Position numbers and translations under genes: made by a program
The notes under the pieces: model-generated
The model's input: only the letters and a program-made list of their open reading frames with translations
The model's database searches: none
What the model was told of the DNA's origin: nothing
Assembly: GCA_016718805.1 (NCBI GenBank)
Contig: JADKCP010000002.1
Location: forward strand, 56,392-120,391
Length of the DNA: 64,000 nucleotides
Source of the DNA: Bacteroidota bacterium
GTDB lineage: Bacteria; Bacteroidota; Bacteroidia; UBA4408
Reading direction: 5' to 3'
In this document: piece by piece, positions 34,905-43,889 of the stretch
Numbering within the stretch: the stretch's first letter is position 1
Layout: every line of letters begins with the position of its first letter

Positions 34905-36956
34905 CTAATAGCAATATTGAGGATTGCCTTCTAGAATCTCCAGCTCAAGTTTTGGTGCCTCTCCCGCTTTCCATAATTTGGTGCGGTGTACAACGCGATA
35001 AAGCAAAGGTCCTCCATCCGGAGCTTCGCTGCGTTCGAATGGTCTTGGAATACAAACAAACTCAGTTGAAAGTTGATCGGAAGTGGCGGTTACTAAACCA
35101 TATCCGTGGCCACCGAAATCAAGAAATGACAAATGTGGCGCTAGTTCTTTATTTCGTATGGCGCGTGCTTGCTTCATATCGCCTGTTTCTTTCAACTTTA
35201 AGGTAGATAAAACACCATGCATCGGGGTAACATTCATGGATGGAATTACAGTGCCATCAGGTTTATCAATCAGGTGCAGCACGCGTTTGGGATTGTCTTT
35301 GGCCATCGTAACTTCCAGCACTTCGAAAAGTGTTTGTTGCGATATGGAACCGGTTATAAATTCCACACCAATTGGCTCATATTTCTTTGGCGGCAGTGCT
35401 TTCGAAGCTAAACCTGCGAGAAAGGCATGGCGATCGCCTCCTACAACACAAAAACCTGTGATTTGCTGATCGCGTATATAATCAAACACGATGTCTTTAT
35501 CATGAAGGAATCGATTGTCAACAACCGCATATCCGGCATCTTTCGGCCAAGCGCTGCCCAAATCACCCGGTAAATTTTGGTAATCGCTACGCACTTCCAT
35601 GGTGCCAAATCCGTGTCCCCATATTTTCCAACGTGCAGTGCAAGCACCGAGTTGATCAAGCAACCAGCGTCTTTGTTCGCTACCCAAATAAGTTTGGGCA
35701 TGTACATCTTTGGTTGGATTAGGAATATCCTTGCCCTTAAAACGAATAGTATCCGGTGGATTGTTTGAATTATAATGGCGGCCATAGTTCATGATCTCGA
35801 AAGGTATTTGTGGAGATACTCTTGGATATTCACGAACTTCAAAATCGTCGGTAGACATATCCGGAGAGCGAAATGACCAATTGTCGGTAAGCAGTAAATC
35901 CACATTCTTACCCCATCGGAGTACGCGCTGTATTTTCAAACTGTTAATCGCTTTCAGGTTGTTGGGTTCTTCTGAAAGACCGTCTTCATTGAACTCTTCC
36001 ATAGGAGTATCTACTACCGATGGTGCATTGAATTGTTCCAACTTTGGATTTCCGGGCTGTTGAACCATTGCCGGCATAAATTCCCACCAGGCCTGATTTG
36101 CACTTATTTTTTGACTTTGAGCAGGTGCATTGTAACCACCTCCTGCCACATACTGACTTTGATATCCTGCCCAGGCAAATTCGTGATTGTCCCAGATGCA
36201 CACAAATGGCCAACGTGCGCGCGCATCCTGCAAATCGGGATCTTCAAGATATGCACGATAGAGTGTGCGGTAATCTTCAAGTGTTACGGGTAGATAAAAA
36301 TTACCAACTTTTCTTCCTTGCGGGAACTTGTACAAATTTCTAATACGTCTTCCCCTGTTTCCATTAGGATTATCTTCGGCATACCATGTAACCTCATAAA
36401 TAAAATCGCCCAGGTGTAATACAAAATTAAGTTGTTGATCTTTTGAACGAGCTTGGTCCTCAAAGATCATTTTTCGGTAAGCATTCAAAGCACCTTCGTT
36501 AGGGCATTGGCAGCTCACAAAGGTAAAACGAACGGGAGTTTCTGAATCGTCGCTTGGAGCGGTTATAGTGCGACCAACGCGACTTGCAAAGCCATGCTCA
36601 TCAACAAAGCGGTACCAATATTCTTGATTGGGTTTAAGTTCCTTCACTAAAAAACGGCAGGTCCAATCAGACGCTGCATTAATGAAGGTTGTACCACCTG
36701 CAACAATTTTTTTGAAGTCTTGATCGGCAGCTATCTCTACTATTAATTTTTTAGAGCTCGAGTCGTTCAACGGTGGACGCCTTGTCCATAAGATTACGCT
36801 ATCGGCAGTAGGATCACCCGAAGCCACACCTTGAGGATAGAGGTCGCGGCGTTCGATGACAGACATGGGTAGCTTGTTTGCCCAGCCTTTTCTTGTTGCT
36901 AAAGCGAAGCCAAAGAACAGTGAGGATTGTAAGAATTTGCGACGAGTAAAATTCAT
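34905..36956 (-). CDS. phoD: PhoD-family alkaline phosphatase / phosphodiesterase with Tat signal peptide
   Basis: RRKFLQSSLFF twin-arginine leader. PhoD N-domain, then metallophosphatase motifs (HLGDFIYE…, CIWDNHEF). 683 aa. Confidence 0.75.
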   Translation of the reverse strand: MNFTRRKFLQSSLFFGFALATRKGWANKLPMSVIERRDLYPQGVASGDPTADSVILWTRRPPLNDSSSKKLIVEIAADQDFKKIVAGGTTFINAASDWTCRFLVKELKPNQEYWYRFVDEHGFASRVGRTITAPSDDSETPVRFTFVSCQCPNEGALNAYRKMIFEDQARSKDQQLNFVLHLGDFIYEVTWYAEDNPNGNRGRRIRNLYKFPQGRKVGNFYLPVTLEDYRTLYRAYLEDPDLQDARARWPFVCIWDNHEFAWAGYQSQYVAGGGYNAPAQSQKISANQAWWEFMPAMVQQPGNPKLEQFNAPSVVDTPMEEFNEDGLSEEPNNLKAINSLKIQRVLRWGKNVDLLLTDNWSFRSPDMSTDDFEVREYPRVSPQIPFEIMNYGRHYNSNNPPDTIRFKGKDIPNPTKDVHAQTYLGSEQRRWLLDQLGACTARWKIWGHGFGTMEVRSDYQNLPGDLGSAWPKDAGYAVVDNRFLHDKDIVFDYIRDQQITGFCVVGGDRHAFLAGLASKALPPKKYEPIGVEFITGSISQQTLFEVLEVTMAKDNPKRVLHLIDKPDGTVIPSMNVTPMHGVLSTLKLKETGDMKQARAIRNKELAPHLSFLDFGGHGYGLVTATSDQLSTEFVCIPRPFERSEAPDGGPLLYRVVHRTKLWKAGEAPKLELEILEGNPQYCY

Positions 36957-37145
36957 TCTTTTATCTTAATATGATTTATACTTTGTAATGTTTTATAGAG
37001 CCGGAATGTGAAAGCTGACATTATTAAAATTTACAACTTTTTGTATTCCATTGCCAAATTTACCGGTATTCAATTTTACTTTCATAGCTCGGTTTGTATA
37101 GCCACTTTCTAAGGACGAACGACAATTTGGAAAGTATTATTGGAA

Positions 37146-37206
37146 GAGAGAGGAGAATGAGAATGAGAATATGAATGAGATTGAGAATGAACAGAATGAG
37201 AATGAT
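37146..37206. repeat. Tandem GAGAATGA/GAATGA heptamer-type microsatellite (about 8 units)
   Basis: Seen directly: gagaggagaatgagaatgagaatatgaatgagattgagaatgaacagaatgagaatga. The same motif recurs in inverted orientation at 37374-37396 (tcgctctcattctctttctcatt) and 37541-37562. Confidence 0.6.
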
Positions 37207-37490
37207 TGCACTTTACTCACTTTCTCGTTCTGTTTTTGTGGCACACTTACTGGCGCTTGCTTGTACCGCGTGACTTTCTTACAGATGCTTAATAAAAGTT
37301 AAACTAAAATTCGATACTTGACTATCCGAAATTAAAATAATGGTATCTAAAACAAAAAGAGAACAAAAGCCTTTCGCTCTCATTCTCTTTCTCATTTTGA
37401 ATCCGTGGAGTAAGTGGGACAAAAATCGAACTTAATTAATTCTGATTTAGTTCTTTTGGTAAATCTTAATTCCTCGTCACGATAAGCAAT

Positions 37491-37562
37491 AAGAGCGAGA
37501 AGCAGAATGAGAATGAAGTAAAAAAAAGAGAATAATCGCTCTTCGCTCTCATTCTCATTCTG
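37491..37562 (-). terminator. Hairpin (14-bp perfect stem CAGAATGAGAATGA / TCATTCTCATTCTG, 32-nt A-rich loop) abutting the ssrA 3' end; probable ssrA terminator/processing hairpin
   Basis: Seen directly. Its right arm ends 6 nt from the tmRNA acceptor end. On the minus strand the transcript runs …CCA-like end, then hairpin. No clean T-run after the stem, so the terminator role is tentative. Confidence 0.4.
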
Positions 37563-37567
37563 TGTTG

Positions 37568-37932
37568 TGGAGTTGGAGGGAATCGAACCCTCGTCCAAAC
37601 AAGGAATCAATAAGCCTTCTACATACTTAGTGACTTTTTGATTTTCGTCGAGCAGCAGGCAAAATCACACACCAACTGCAAGCTTATCTTCTTTATTTAA
37701 TTGATGCATCGAAGCTTGCACCAACTAGCTTCACATTTGTGATGCTGCTACCGAAACGCTGTGAAGCGAAGCTTCTCGGGCAACATTGCTAGTTAATACC
37801 TAGTATTAAGCAGCAAGGGCGTAGTTAGACTCGCCATTTATAGATTTTGAGAATTAGGATTTACGAGCCATATTCACAACACTCGGTATGCTTACCTACC
37901 AATCGCACTCGCTGTCGAAACCTGACAACCCC
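37568..37932 (-). ncRNA. ssrA: tmRNA (SsrA), one-piece
   Basis: Minus-strand 5' end GGGGTTGTCAGGTTTCGACAG… (canonical tmRNA 5' GGGG…GGUUUCGACxG). 3' tRNA-like end …GGACGAGGGTTCGATTCCCTCCAACTCCA with T-arm GGTTCGATTCC. Acceptor stem 5'-GGGGTTG pairs with 3'-CAACTCC (one G-U). Internal tag reading frame GGC GAG TCT AAC TAC GCC CTT GCT GCT TAA gives GESNYALAA. Confidence 0.75.
37806..37835 (-). other. tmRNA tag-peptide reading frame (G-E-S-N-Y-A-L-A-A-stop)
   Basis: Translated directly from the minus strand. Ends in the canonical YALAA degron. Resembles the Bacteroidota tag GENNYALAA. Confidence 0.6.
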
Positions 37933-38507
37933 ATTGGTAGTGCAAAAGTACACATTATTATAGCTGAATGCAAGCCGGTTAAGGTGTTTTATGGGATTTT
38001 AACTTTATGCATGACCAGTTTTCAAACTTAGATTAGAATATTTTTATCACAAAGAAAAAGATATCAACTGTCATGTTTTGACGTTGCTTTGCTGCTATAT
38101 TGTAACTATAAAATTGATAGTAATACAATCAAAAAGCATGGTACCGATTCAGTCAAAAAAACAACAGGAAATATGCGAAATTAGTGGTGTGTATATATGT
38201 TTATACCATCCAAAAAGCAAACAAAAAATAGCACAAGGCAGTCAATTTAATGCTTGCAATTATGCAGGGCTAGTATGCGAGGGTTGTTGGCATTTGTCAA
38301 AAATAATAACCGAAAAAACAGCCAGCGAAAAACGAACCATCTATTATGAAAAACTTACCAAAAAATACTTGCGCAGAGGACAGGATAATAAAATTAAGCG
38401 GGACTTAAAAGCTCCCAAATTTAATAAGTGGGATAGCTATAGTTGGTGAATACTGCTATGAAAATTATGGATTGTGTATTTTTGAAATCTAAACATAGTA
38501 ATGCAAG

Positions 38508-38864
38508 ATGGCTTACAACGAAAAACTATCAGACCGAATACGGGAAGCTTTACAAGACTTACCCAATGTAACCGAAAAACTTATGTTTGGCGGCATCTGT
38601 TATATAGTGAATGACAAGATGTGTGTGGGTGTAGTAAAAGAAGAAATGATGTGCCGAGTTGATCCTTCAAAAACGGAGCAATTGCTTGAACTTGATGGAT
38701 GCCGGCCAATGGACTTTACCAAAACGCCCATGAAAGGATTTGTGTATGTAAGTGAAGATGGCTTGAAAAAAAAGGAGCAATTTGATTTTTGGATTCAACA
38801 ATGCCTGGAATACAATCCACTTGCAAAGGCATCTCCAAAGAAGAAAAAGATAACTAAGAAGTAA
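38508..38864 (+). CDS. TfoX/Sxy N-terminal-domain protein (stand-alone)
   Basis: KLMFGGICYIVNDKMCVGVVKEE…CRVD matches the TfoX_N core (L/MFGGxGLYxxGKMFALV). 118 aa, lysine-rich tail. Confidence 0.6.
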   Translation: MAYNEKLSDRIREALQDLPNVTEKLMFGGICYIVNDKMCVGVVKEEMMCRVDPSKTEQLLELDGCRPMDFTKTPMKGFVYVSEDGLKKKEQFDFWIQQCLEYNPLAKASPKKKKITKK

Positions 38865-38988
38865 GCTGCTCACTACTCTTACACGGCTTCGCTCCTTTCG
38901 TGTTAAACCTTAATTTATTGTACTGACAAAAATCATATTCCTAACTAATTGTTTCAGTTAATTTGGCTAAACAATTAGAGAAATTTCT

Positions 38989-39324
38989 ATGGAATCAACA
39001 AACAGAAGTGAACTTTACGAACTGGCAATTGAGATGCTCGAAAACGACCAATCGTTGAGCAGTATAGAACGTGAACTAATTGCTAAAGGGGCAAGTTCGG
39101 AGCAAGTATCGAATTTGTTGCCGCTTATTAAAAAAGCCCGACACAAGCGCAAGGTAAAAAGTGGAAATATAAAACTGGCCTTTGGTTCGGTAATTCTGGT
39201 TTCTAGTTTTTTGTTTTCACTAGTAAATTTTCACTTAGGAAATTCCTTCGCATTTGTAATGTATACCTTCACTACTGTTGGTATTGTGCTGCTTTTTTGG
39301 GGATTGTATGACTTTTTTAACTAA
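38989..39324 (+). CDS. Hypothetical small membrane protein (two C-terminal TM helices)
   Basis: ORF with polar N-terminal half and two hydrophobic helices (FGSVILVSSFLFSLVNF; VMYTFTTVGIVLLFWGLY). No recognisable family. Confidence 0.35.
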   Translation: MESTNRSELYELAIEMLENDQSLSSIERELIAKGASSEQVSNLLPLIKKARHKRKVKSGNIKLAFGSVILVSSFLFSLVNFHLGNSFAFVMYTFTTVGIVLLFWGLYDFFN

Positions 39325-39958
39325 TAACAGCTCCCTCCTTTTGCTCAATTTTATTTTTCCATTCAAGCAACAAGTCTGTAAAATCTTCTTGTACAGCCAT
39401 AGTATTATCATGCGCATACCATAAATGTAAATTAGCATTAAAGGTATCCTTGTCAACTGCTGGGTTTTGCTTTTTATATTCGATAATTTTTGCAACAATA
39501 GCTTTAGGACGTGGTCCCCAGGTACCTATAACTTGTTTTGTTAATTCATTAATGCAAATTAATTTAGGAATTCCCATAGTTCCATTGGTAAGAAAGTGCG
39601 ACATCAAGTCAAGATGTTCATCTCGAAAAATCAATTTCACTTCGATGGAGGGATGTGCTTCAGCAATTTTAGCGACAACCGGAATAATTTGAGCGCCATC
39701 GCCACACCAAGCTTCGGTGAGGATTAGCCAAGTAAACTTCCCTTTTAATTGCTGCAGATTATCCAGTAATGCTGTAGTTAGTTTACACTGTTTGTCGATA
39801 CGCTTCATACGTTGAGCATTAAGCTTAGTTGCCACAATGTGCGCTTCGGTTAATTCGCCCGACGTTTTTCCTTCGGCTGCCCATTGAAGTATTTTTTCTT
39901 TATAATCCACATAGCTTATGCCTGCAGTTTTGCTGTTCTCTAGTAATGATTGATCCAT
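39317..39958 (-). CDS. Thioredoxin-fold family protein (monothiol WCGDG variant)
   Basis: …WLILTEAWCGDGAQIIP… in the position of the Trx WCxxC motif, with the second Cys replaced by Gly. ~210 aa. Confidence 0.55.
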   Translation of the reverse strand: MDQSLLENSKTAGISYVDYKEKILQWAAEGKTSGELTEAHIVATKLNAQRMKRIDKQCKLTTALLDNLQQLKGKFTWLILTEAWCGDGAQIIPVVAKIAEAHPSIEVKLIFRDEHLDLMSHFLTNGTMGIPKLICINELTKQVIGTWGPRPKAIVAKIIEYKKQNPAVDKDTFNANLHLWYAHDNTMAVQEDFTDLLLEWKNKIEQKEGAVIS

Positions 39959-40092
39959 ACTGTATTTGTTACTATTCTTAAATGAGCCGAAACAATGCTC
40001 TTACTCAGCTTTTATTTCTGCTTCTGAAATTGTGCTACAAAGGTAATTTTTAATTCGGACAATATTATCCGAAATACAAATAAATTTTATCT

Positions 40093-41496
40093 TTGAGCTC
40101 GAAAAAAAATTTTATGGCACAAAAACTACGCACTTTAACAGAACCATTTAAAATTAAAATGGTTGAACCTTTAAAAATTACCACAGAAGCTTATCGCACC
40201 AAAGCTCTTGAGGAAGCGCATTACAATACATTTTTGCTGCATTCGAGCGATGTGTTTATAGATTTATTAACCGATAGCGGAACAGGCGCAATGAGCGACC
40301 GTCAATGGGCCGGAATAATGATGGGCGATGAAAGTTATGCAGGTGCTCGAAGTTGGGAACATTTAGAAAAAGTTGTAAAAGCATTAACCGGAATGCCGCA
40401 TGTTTTACCTACGCACCAAGGTCGAGCCGGCGAACGCATTTTGTACAGCATTTTAGGAGGCAAGGGAAAAGTGTTTATTAGCAATACGCATTTCGACACT
40501 ACCCGGGCAAACATTGAATATAGCGGAGCACAAGCCATTGACATAGTTTATGAAGCAGCTAAAGATCCTGAAATTGATTTACCTTTTAAGGGAAATATGG
40601 ATGTGGAACAACTCGTAAAAATTATTGAAAAAGAAGGCAGAGATGCAATTGGCGCGGTTATCATTACTGTAACCAACAATTCATCAGGCGGGCAACCGGT
40701 AAGCATGGCCAATGTTAAAGCCATTCGCGAAATATGCGATCGTTATGCTTTATTGTTGGTGATCGATGGTTGTCGCATAGCCGAAAATGCTTATTTTATT
40801 AAACATCGCGAAAAAGAATATGCTGCTAAAACATACGAGGAAATTGCAAAAGAAATGTTGCGTTTAGGCGATGCTTTTATAATGAGTGCAAAAAAAGATG
40901 GATTGGTGAATATTGGAGGATTACTCACTATAAAGGATGAGAACCTTGCATTGAAATGTAAAAATTTGCTCATTATTTCAGAAGGTTTTACCACTTATGG
41001 GGGACTTGCCGGTCGTGATATGGAAGCCCTAGCGATTGGACTTACAGAAGTATTTGATGAAGATTATTTGCATTATCGAATTCGCAGCACCGGGTATTTG
41101 GGCGAGAAATTAAAAGAGAAAGGAATTCCGGTGGTATGGCCTATTGGAGGGCATGCTGTGTATGTTGATGCAAAAAAATTGTACAAAAACATTCCAGTGA
41201 ATCAATATCCGGGACAAGCTTTGGTGTGTGATTTATATACCAAAGGAGGAATTCGTTGTGTAGAAGTTGGCAGTGTTATGTTTGGCAAATACGATGCCTC
41301 CGGAAAATTGATTCCGGCACCGAATGAATTGGTGAGACTAGCTATTCCACGCAGAGTTTATACCCAAAGTCACATTGATTATGTATTGGATATTTTTGAT
41401 GATATACTTGAGATTTGTGAGCGAAAATCGGGTTATAAAATTACTTATGAACCACAATTTTTAAGACATTTTACGGCACATTTTGAGAAGATTTAA
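40093..41496 (+). CDS. tnaA: Tryptophanase / tyrosine phenol-lyase family beta-eliminating lyase (PLP)
   Basis: Collinear with E. coli TnaA from PEPFKIKMVEP…TEAYR through DLLTDSGTGAMS, PTHQGRAGE, the PLP-lysine region SAKKDGLVNIGG, to the C-terminal YEPQFLRHFTA. True start probably the internal MAQK. Confidence 0.85.
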   Translation: MSSKKNFMAQKLRTLTEPFKIKMVEPLKITTEAYRTKALEEAHYNTFLLHSSDVFIDLLTDSGTGAMSDRQWAGIMMGDESYAGARSWEHLEKVVKALTGMPHVLPTHQGRAGERILYSILGGKGKVFISNTHFDTTRANIEYSGAQAIDIVYEAAKDPEIDLPFKGNMDVEQLVKIIEKEGRDAIGAVIITVTNNSSGGQPVSMANVKAIREICDRYALLLVIDGCRIAENAYFIKHREKEYAAKTYEEIAKEMLRLGDAFIMSAKKDGLVNIGGLLTIKDENLALKCKNLLIISEGFTTYGGLAGRDMEALAIGLTEVFDEDYLHYRIRSTGYLGEKLKEKGIPVVWPIGGHAVYVDAKKLYKNIPVNQYPGQALVCDLYTKGGIRCVEVGSVMFGKYDASGKLIPAPNELVRLAIPRRVYTQSHIDYVLDIFDDILEICERKSGYKITYEPQFLRHFTAHFEKI

Positions 41497-41604
41497 AGTA
41501 CTAATTTTAATTCAATTTATCAGTTAATTCAAAACAGAATAGTTTTAAAAATACAGTTTAAATTGTAAGAAAACGAAGCGTAAAAACCAACTAATAAAAT
41601 TAAG

Positions 41605-42042
41605 ATGTTGTTTTCAAAAGCTTGTGAATACGGTATACGTGCTACTATTTATATTGCGCATCAATCAAAAATTGAAGCTCGCGCCAGCTTAAAAGATATT
41701 GCTAAAGAAATTGCTTCGCCAGAAGCCTATACAGCAAAAATTTTACAGCTTTTGGTTAAAGGAAATATTATTAATTCAACAAAAGGCGCTTGGGGAGGGT
41801 TTAGTATCGATGCTAAAAAATGTAAAAAGATTAAACTACAGGATATTGCATTCGCCATTGATGGTGAAAAAAGTTATTCGACCTGTGTATTAGGTTTAAA
41901 GCAGTGTTCAGAAGTGCATCCTTGTCCTGTTCATGAACAGTTTAAGGGCATAAAAAAGGAACTGATATGGATGTTGAAAAGTACAGATTTGCATAGCATG
42001 ATGAACAGTATTGAGGAAGGAAGCAGTTGTTTAAAAATTTAG
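41605..42042 (+). CDS. Rrf2-family transcriptional regulator (IscR/NsrR-like, three-Cys cluster)
   Basis: N-terminal MLFSKACEYGIRATIYIA. wHTH. C-terminal Cys triad CVLGLKQCSEVHPCP. Confidence 0.75.
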   Translation: MLFSKACEYGIRATIYIAHQSKIEARASLKDIAKEIASPEAYTAKILQLLVKGNIINSTKGAWGGFSIDAKKCKKIKLQDIAFAIDGEKSYSTCVLGLKQCSEVHPCPVHEQFKGIKKELIWMLKSTDLHSMMNSIEEGSSCLKI

Positions 42043-42291
42043 TTTGATTTATTATTTTAAAAATTAAAAGTAATCTCCATTTAGTATGCTCGCTGCGATC
42101 AGGAGCTAAAATCTTTACGTTTTAAAACATTCTACTTTAATTCTTGTTTTAATTCGTGTTATTTACTTGCAAATGCGTGGAAAAGAATTATAAAAATTAA
42201 ATTTAAAATTCGAAAGCTGCTGTATAATTTGTTTTTTTGCAATGCCGTTGAAAAGTAACAGCCCAAAATATCAAGACTTAGCTTATCATTT

Positions 42292-43767
42292 ATGAAAAAA
42301 CAAATTGTAGTTATTGGAGGAGGATTTGCCGGATTATCGGCAGCAACAACATTAGCCAAAGATGGGCATTCTGTTACTTTACTCGAGAAAAACAAAACAG
42401 TTGGTGGTAGAGCGGGAAAGCTGGTTGTTGATGGTTTTACTTTTGATTTGGGCCCAAGCTGGTACTGGATGCCGGAAGTATTTGAAAATTATTTTAAGCA
42501 ATTTGGAGTTGCTGTAACAGATGCCTATAAATTGGTGCGATTAGATCCTTCGTACAAAGTATTTTTTAGTCCAACTGAATCTATAGAAGTACCGGCAAGT
42601 TTGGAGGCATTTTATGCTGTATTTGAAAAGTACGAACCGGGTAGTAGTGTTCAACTAAAAAAGTTTTTAGCAGAAGCTGAGTATAAATACAACATCAGTA
42701 TGAGTGATTTTGTAAACAAACCCAGCCTTTCGATTACAGAATTTTTTGATATTCGGATTGTTACAGCTGCTTTAAAAATGGACTTGTTTAAATCCATCAG
42801 TGCTTACATTAAAAAGCATTTTACACATCCTTATTTAATTCAGTTGCTCGAATTCCCTGTTTTGTTTTTAGGTGCTAAACCAAACGAAACTCCGGCTTTA
42901 TATAGCATGATGAATTATGCCGACATAGTTTTGGGTACTTGGTATCCAATGGGTGGTATGTATAAAATTGTTGAAGCCATGGAAAAGGTTGCTAATGCCC
43001 AAGGTGTTAAAATAAAAACCGGTATTTCGGTTGAAAAAATTATCGTGCAAAATGGGAAATCGCAAAGTGTTCTTGCTAATGGCATCGAGTATATTGCTGA
43101 TGTAGTTGTTGGAGCTGCCGATTACCATCATGTTGAGCAAAATTTGTTAGAACCTGCTTACCGCAATTATTCTGAAAAGTATTGGAAATCGCGAAAGATG
43201 GCTCCCTCCTGCTTAATGTATTACCTTGGAATTGATAAAAAAATAAAGCATCTGGAACACCATAATTTATTTTTTGATGCCCCTTTTGAATTGCACGCAG
43301 AAGAAATATATGATCGTCCTCAATGGCCTTCCAATCCATTGTTTTATGCTACTTGTGGGTCAATTTTAGATCCTGAAGTTGCTCCTGCCGGTAAAGAAAA
43401 TATAGTACTGTTAATTCCTGTAGCCGTTGATTTACAAGATAGCGAAGAAATACGTGAAAAGTATTTTACTATTATGATTGAACGTTTGGAACAACTAACC
43501 GGAGAAAAAATTAAAGAGCATGTGATTGTTAAACAAAGCTTTTGTATCAATGATTTTAAACAAGCTTATAATTCGTTTGGGGGCAATGCATACGGATTGG
43601 CGAATACTTTGGCACAAACCGCTATTTTAAAACCATCCTTAAGAAACAAAAAGGTAGCTAATTTATTTTATACCGGACAATTAACAGTGCCCGGTCCTGG
43701 AGTTCCTCCTTCAATTATTTCAGGGCAAGTGGTAGCTAAAGAAATTAATAAATATCTGGCTAAGTAA
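42292..43767 (+). CDS. CrtI-family FAD-dependent desaturase/oxidoreductase (phytoene-desaturase family)
   Basis: Rossmann VVIGGGFAGLSAATTLAKDGHSVTLLEKNKTVGGRAG. C-terminal FYTGQLTVPGPGVPPSIISG typical of CrtI/CrtD. Confidence 0.8.
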   Translation: MKKQIVVIGGGFAGLSAATTLAKDGHSVTLLEKNKTVGGRAGKLVVDGFTFDLGPSWYWMPEVFENYFKQFGVAVTDAYKLVRLDPSYKVFFSPTESIEVPASLEAFYAVFEKYEPGSSVQLKKFLAEAEYKYNISMSDFVNKPSLSITEFFDIRIVTAALKMDLFKSISAYIKKHFTHPYLIQLLEFPVLFLGAKPNETPALYSMMNYADIVLGTWYPMGGMYKIVEAMEKVANAQGVKIKTGISVEKIIVQNGKSQSVLANGIEYIADVVVGAADYHHVEQNLLEPAYRNYSEKYWKSRKMAPSCLMYYLGIDKKIKHLEHHNLFFDAPFELHAEEIYDRPQWPSNPLFYATCGSILDPEVAPAGKENIVLLIPVAVDLQDSEEIREKYFTIMIERLEQLTGEKIKEHVIVKQSFCINDFKQAYNSFGGNAYGLANTLAQTAILKPSLRNKKVANLFYTGQLTVPGPGVPPSIISGQVVAKEINKYLAK

Positions 43768-43889
43768 CCTCTACAAAAAAAATTTACAGCTTTTATTTTT
43801 CATCTAAAAACTTCGTACAAAACTTCTGATTTCGGTCATTTCAAATTGCATTTATTTGCCTTTCATTTGCTCTAATCAGTTTTATTCAC

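Noticed and set aside
35083-36343. Cluster of 60-128-aa ORFs on both strands within the phoD interval
   Set aside because: All lie inside the 683-aa PhoD frame, which has a Tat signal and metallophosphatase motifs. The higher local GC inflates random ORF length.
37146-37562. GAGAATGA repeats as a possible CRISPR array
   Set aside because: The units are 6-8 nt tandem microsatellite-type copies. There are no 25-40-nt direct repeats separated by unique spacers, and there is no cas gene nearby.
34905-37932. Genomic island integrated at ssrA
   Set aside because: I found no integrase or recombinase and no second copy of the ssrA 3' end in the window. The genes 3' of ssrA (phoD, TonB receptor locus) look chromosomal. 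Only the short repeat-rich spacer hints at past integration.
38078-38449. 123-aa Lys-rich ORF upstream of the TfoX-like gene
   Set aside because: It lies in an A-rich, low-complexity stretch adjacent to the tmRNA 5' flank. It has no recognisable domain and its start context is poor, so it is probably non-coding. I cannot fully exclude a small basic protein.
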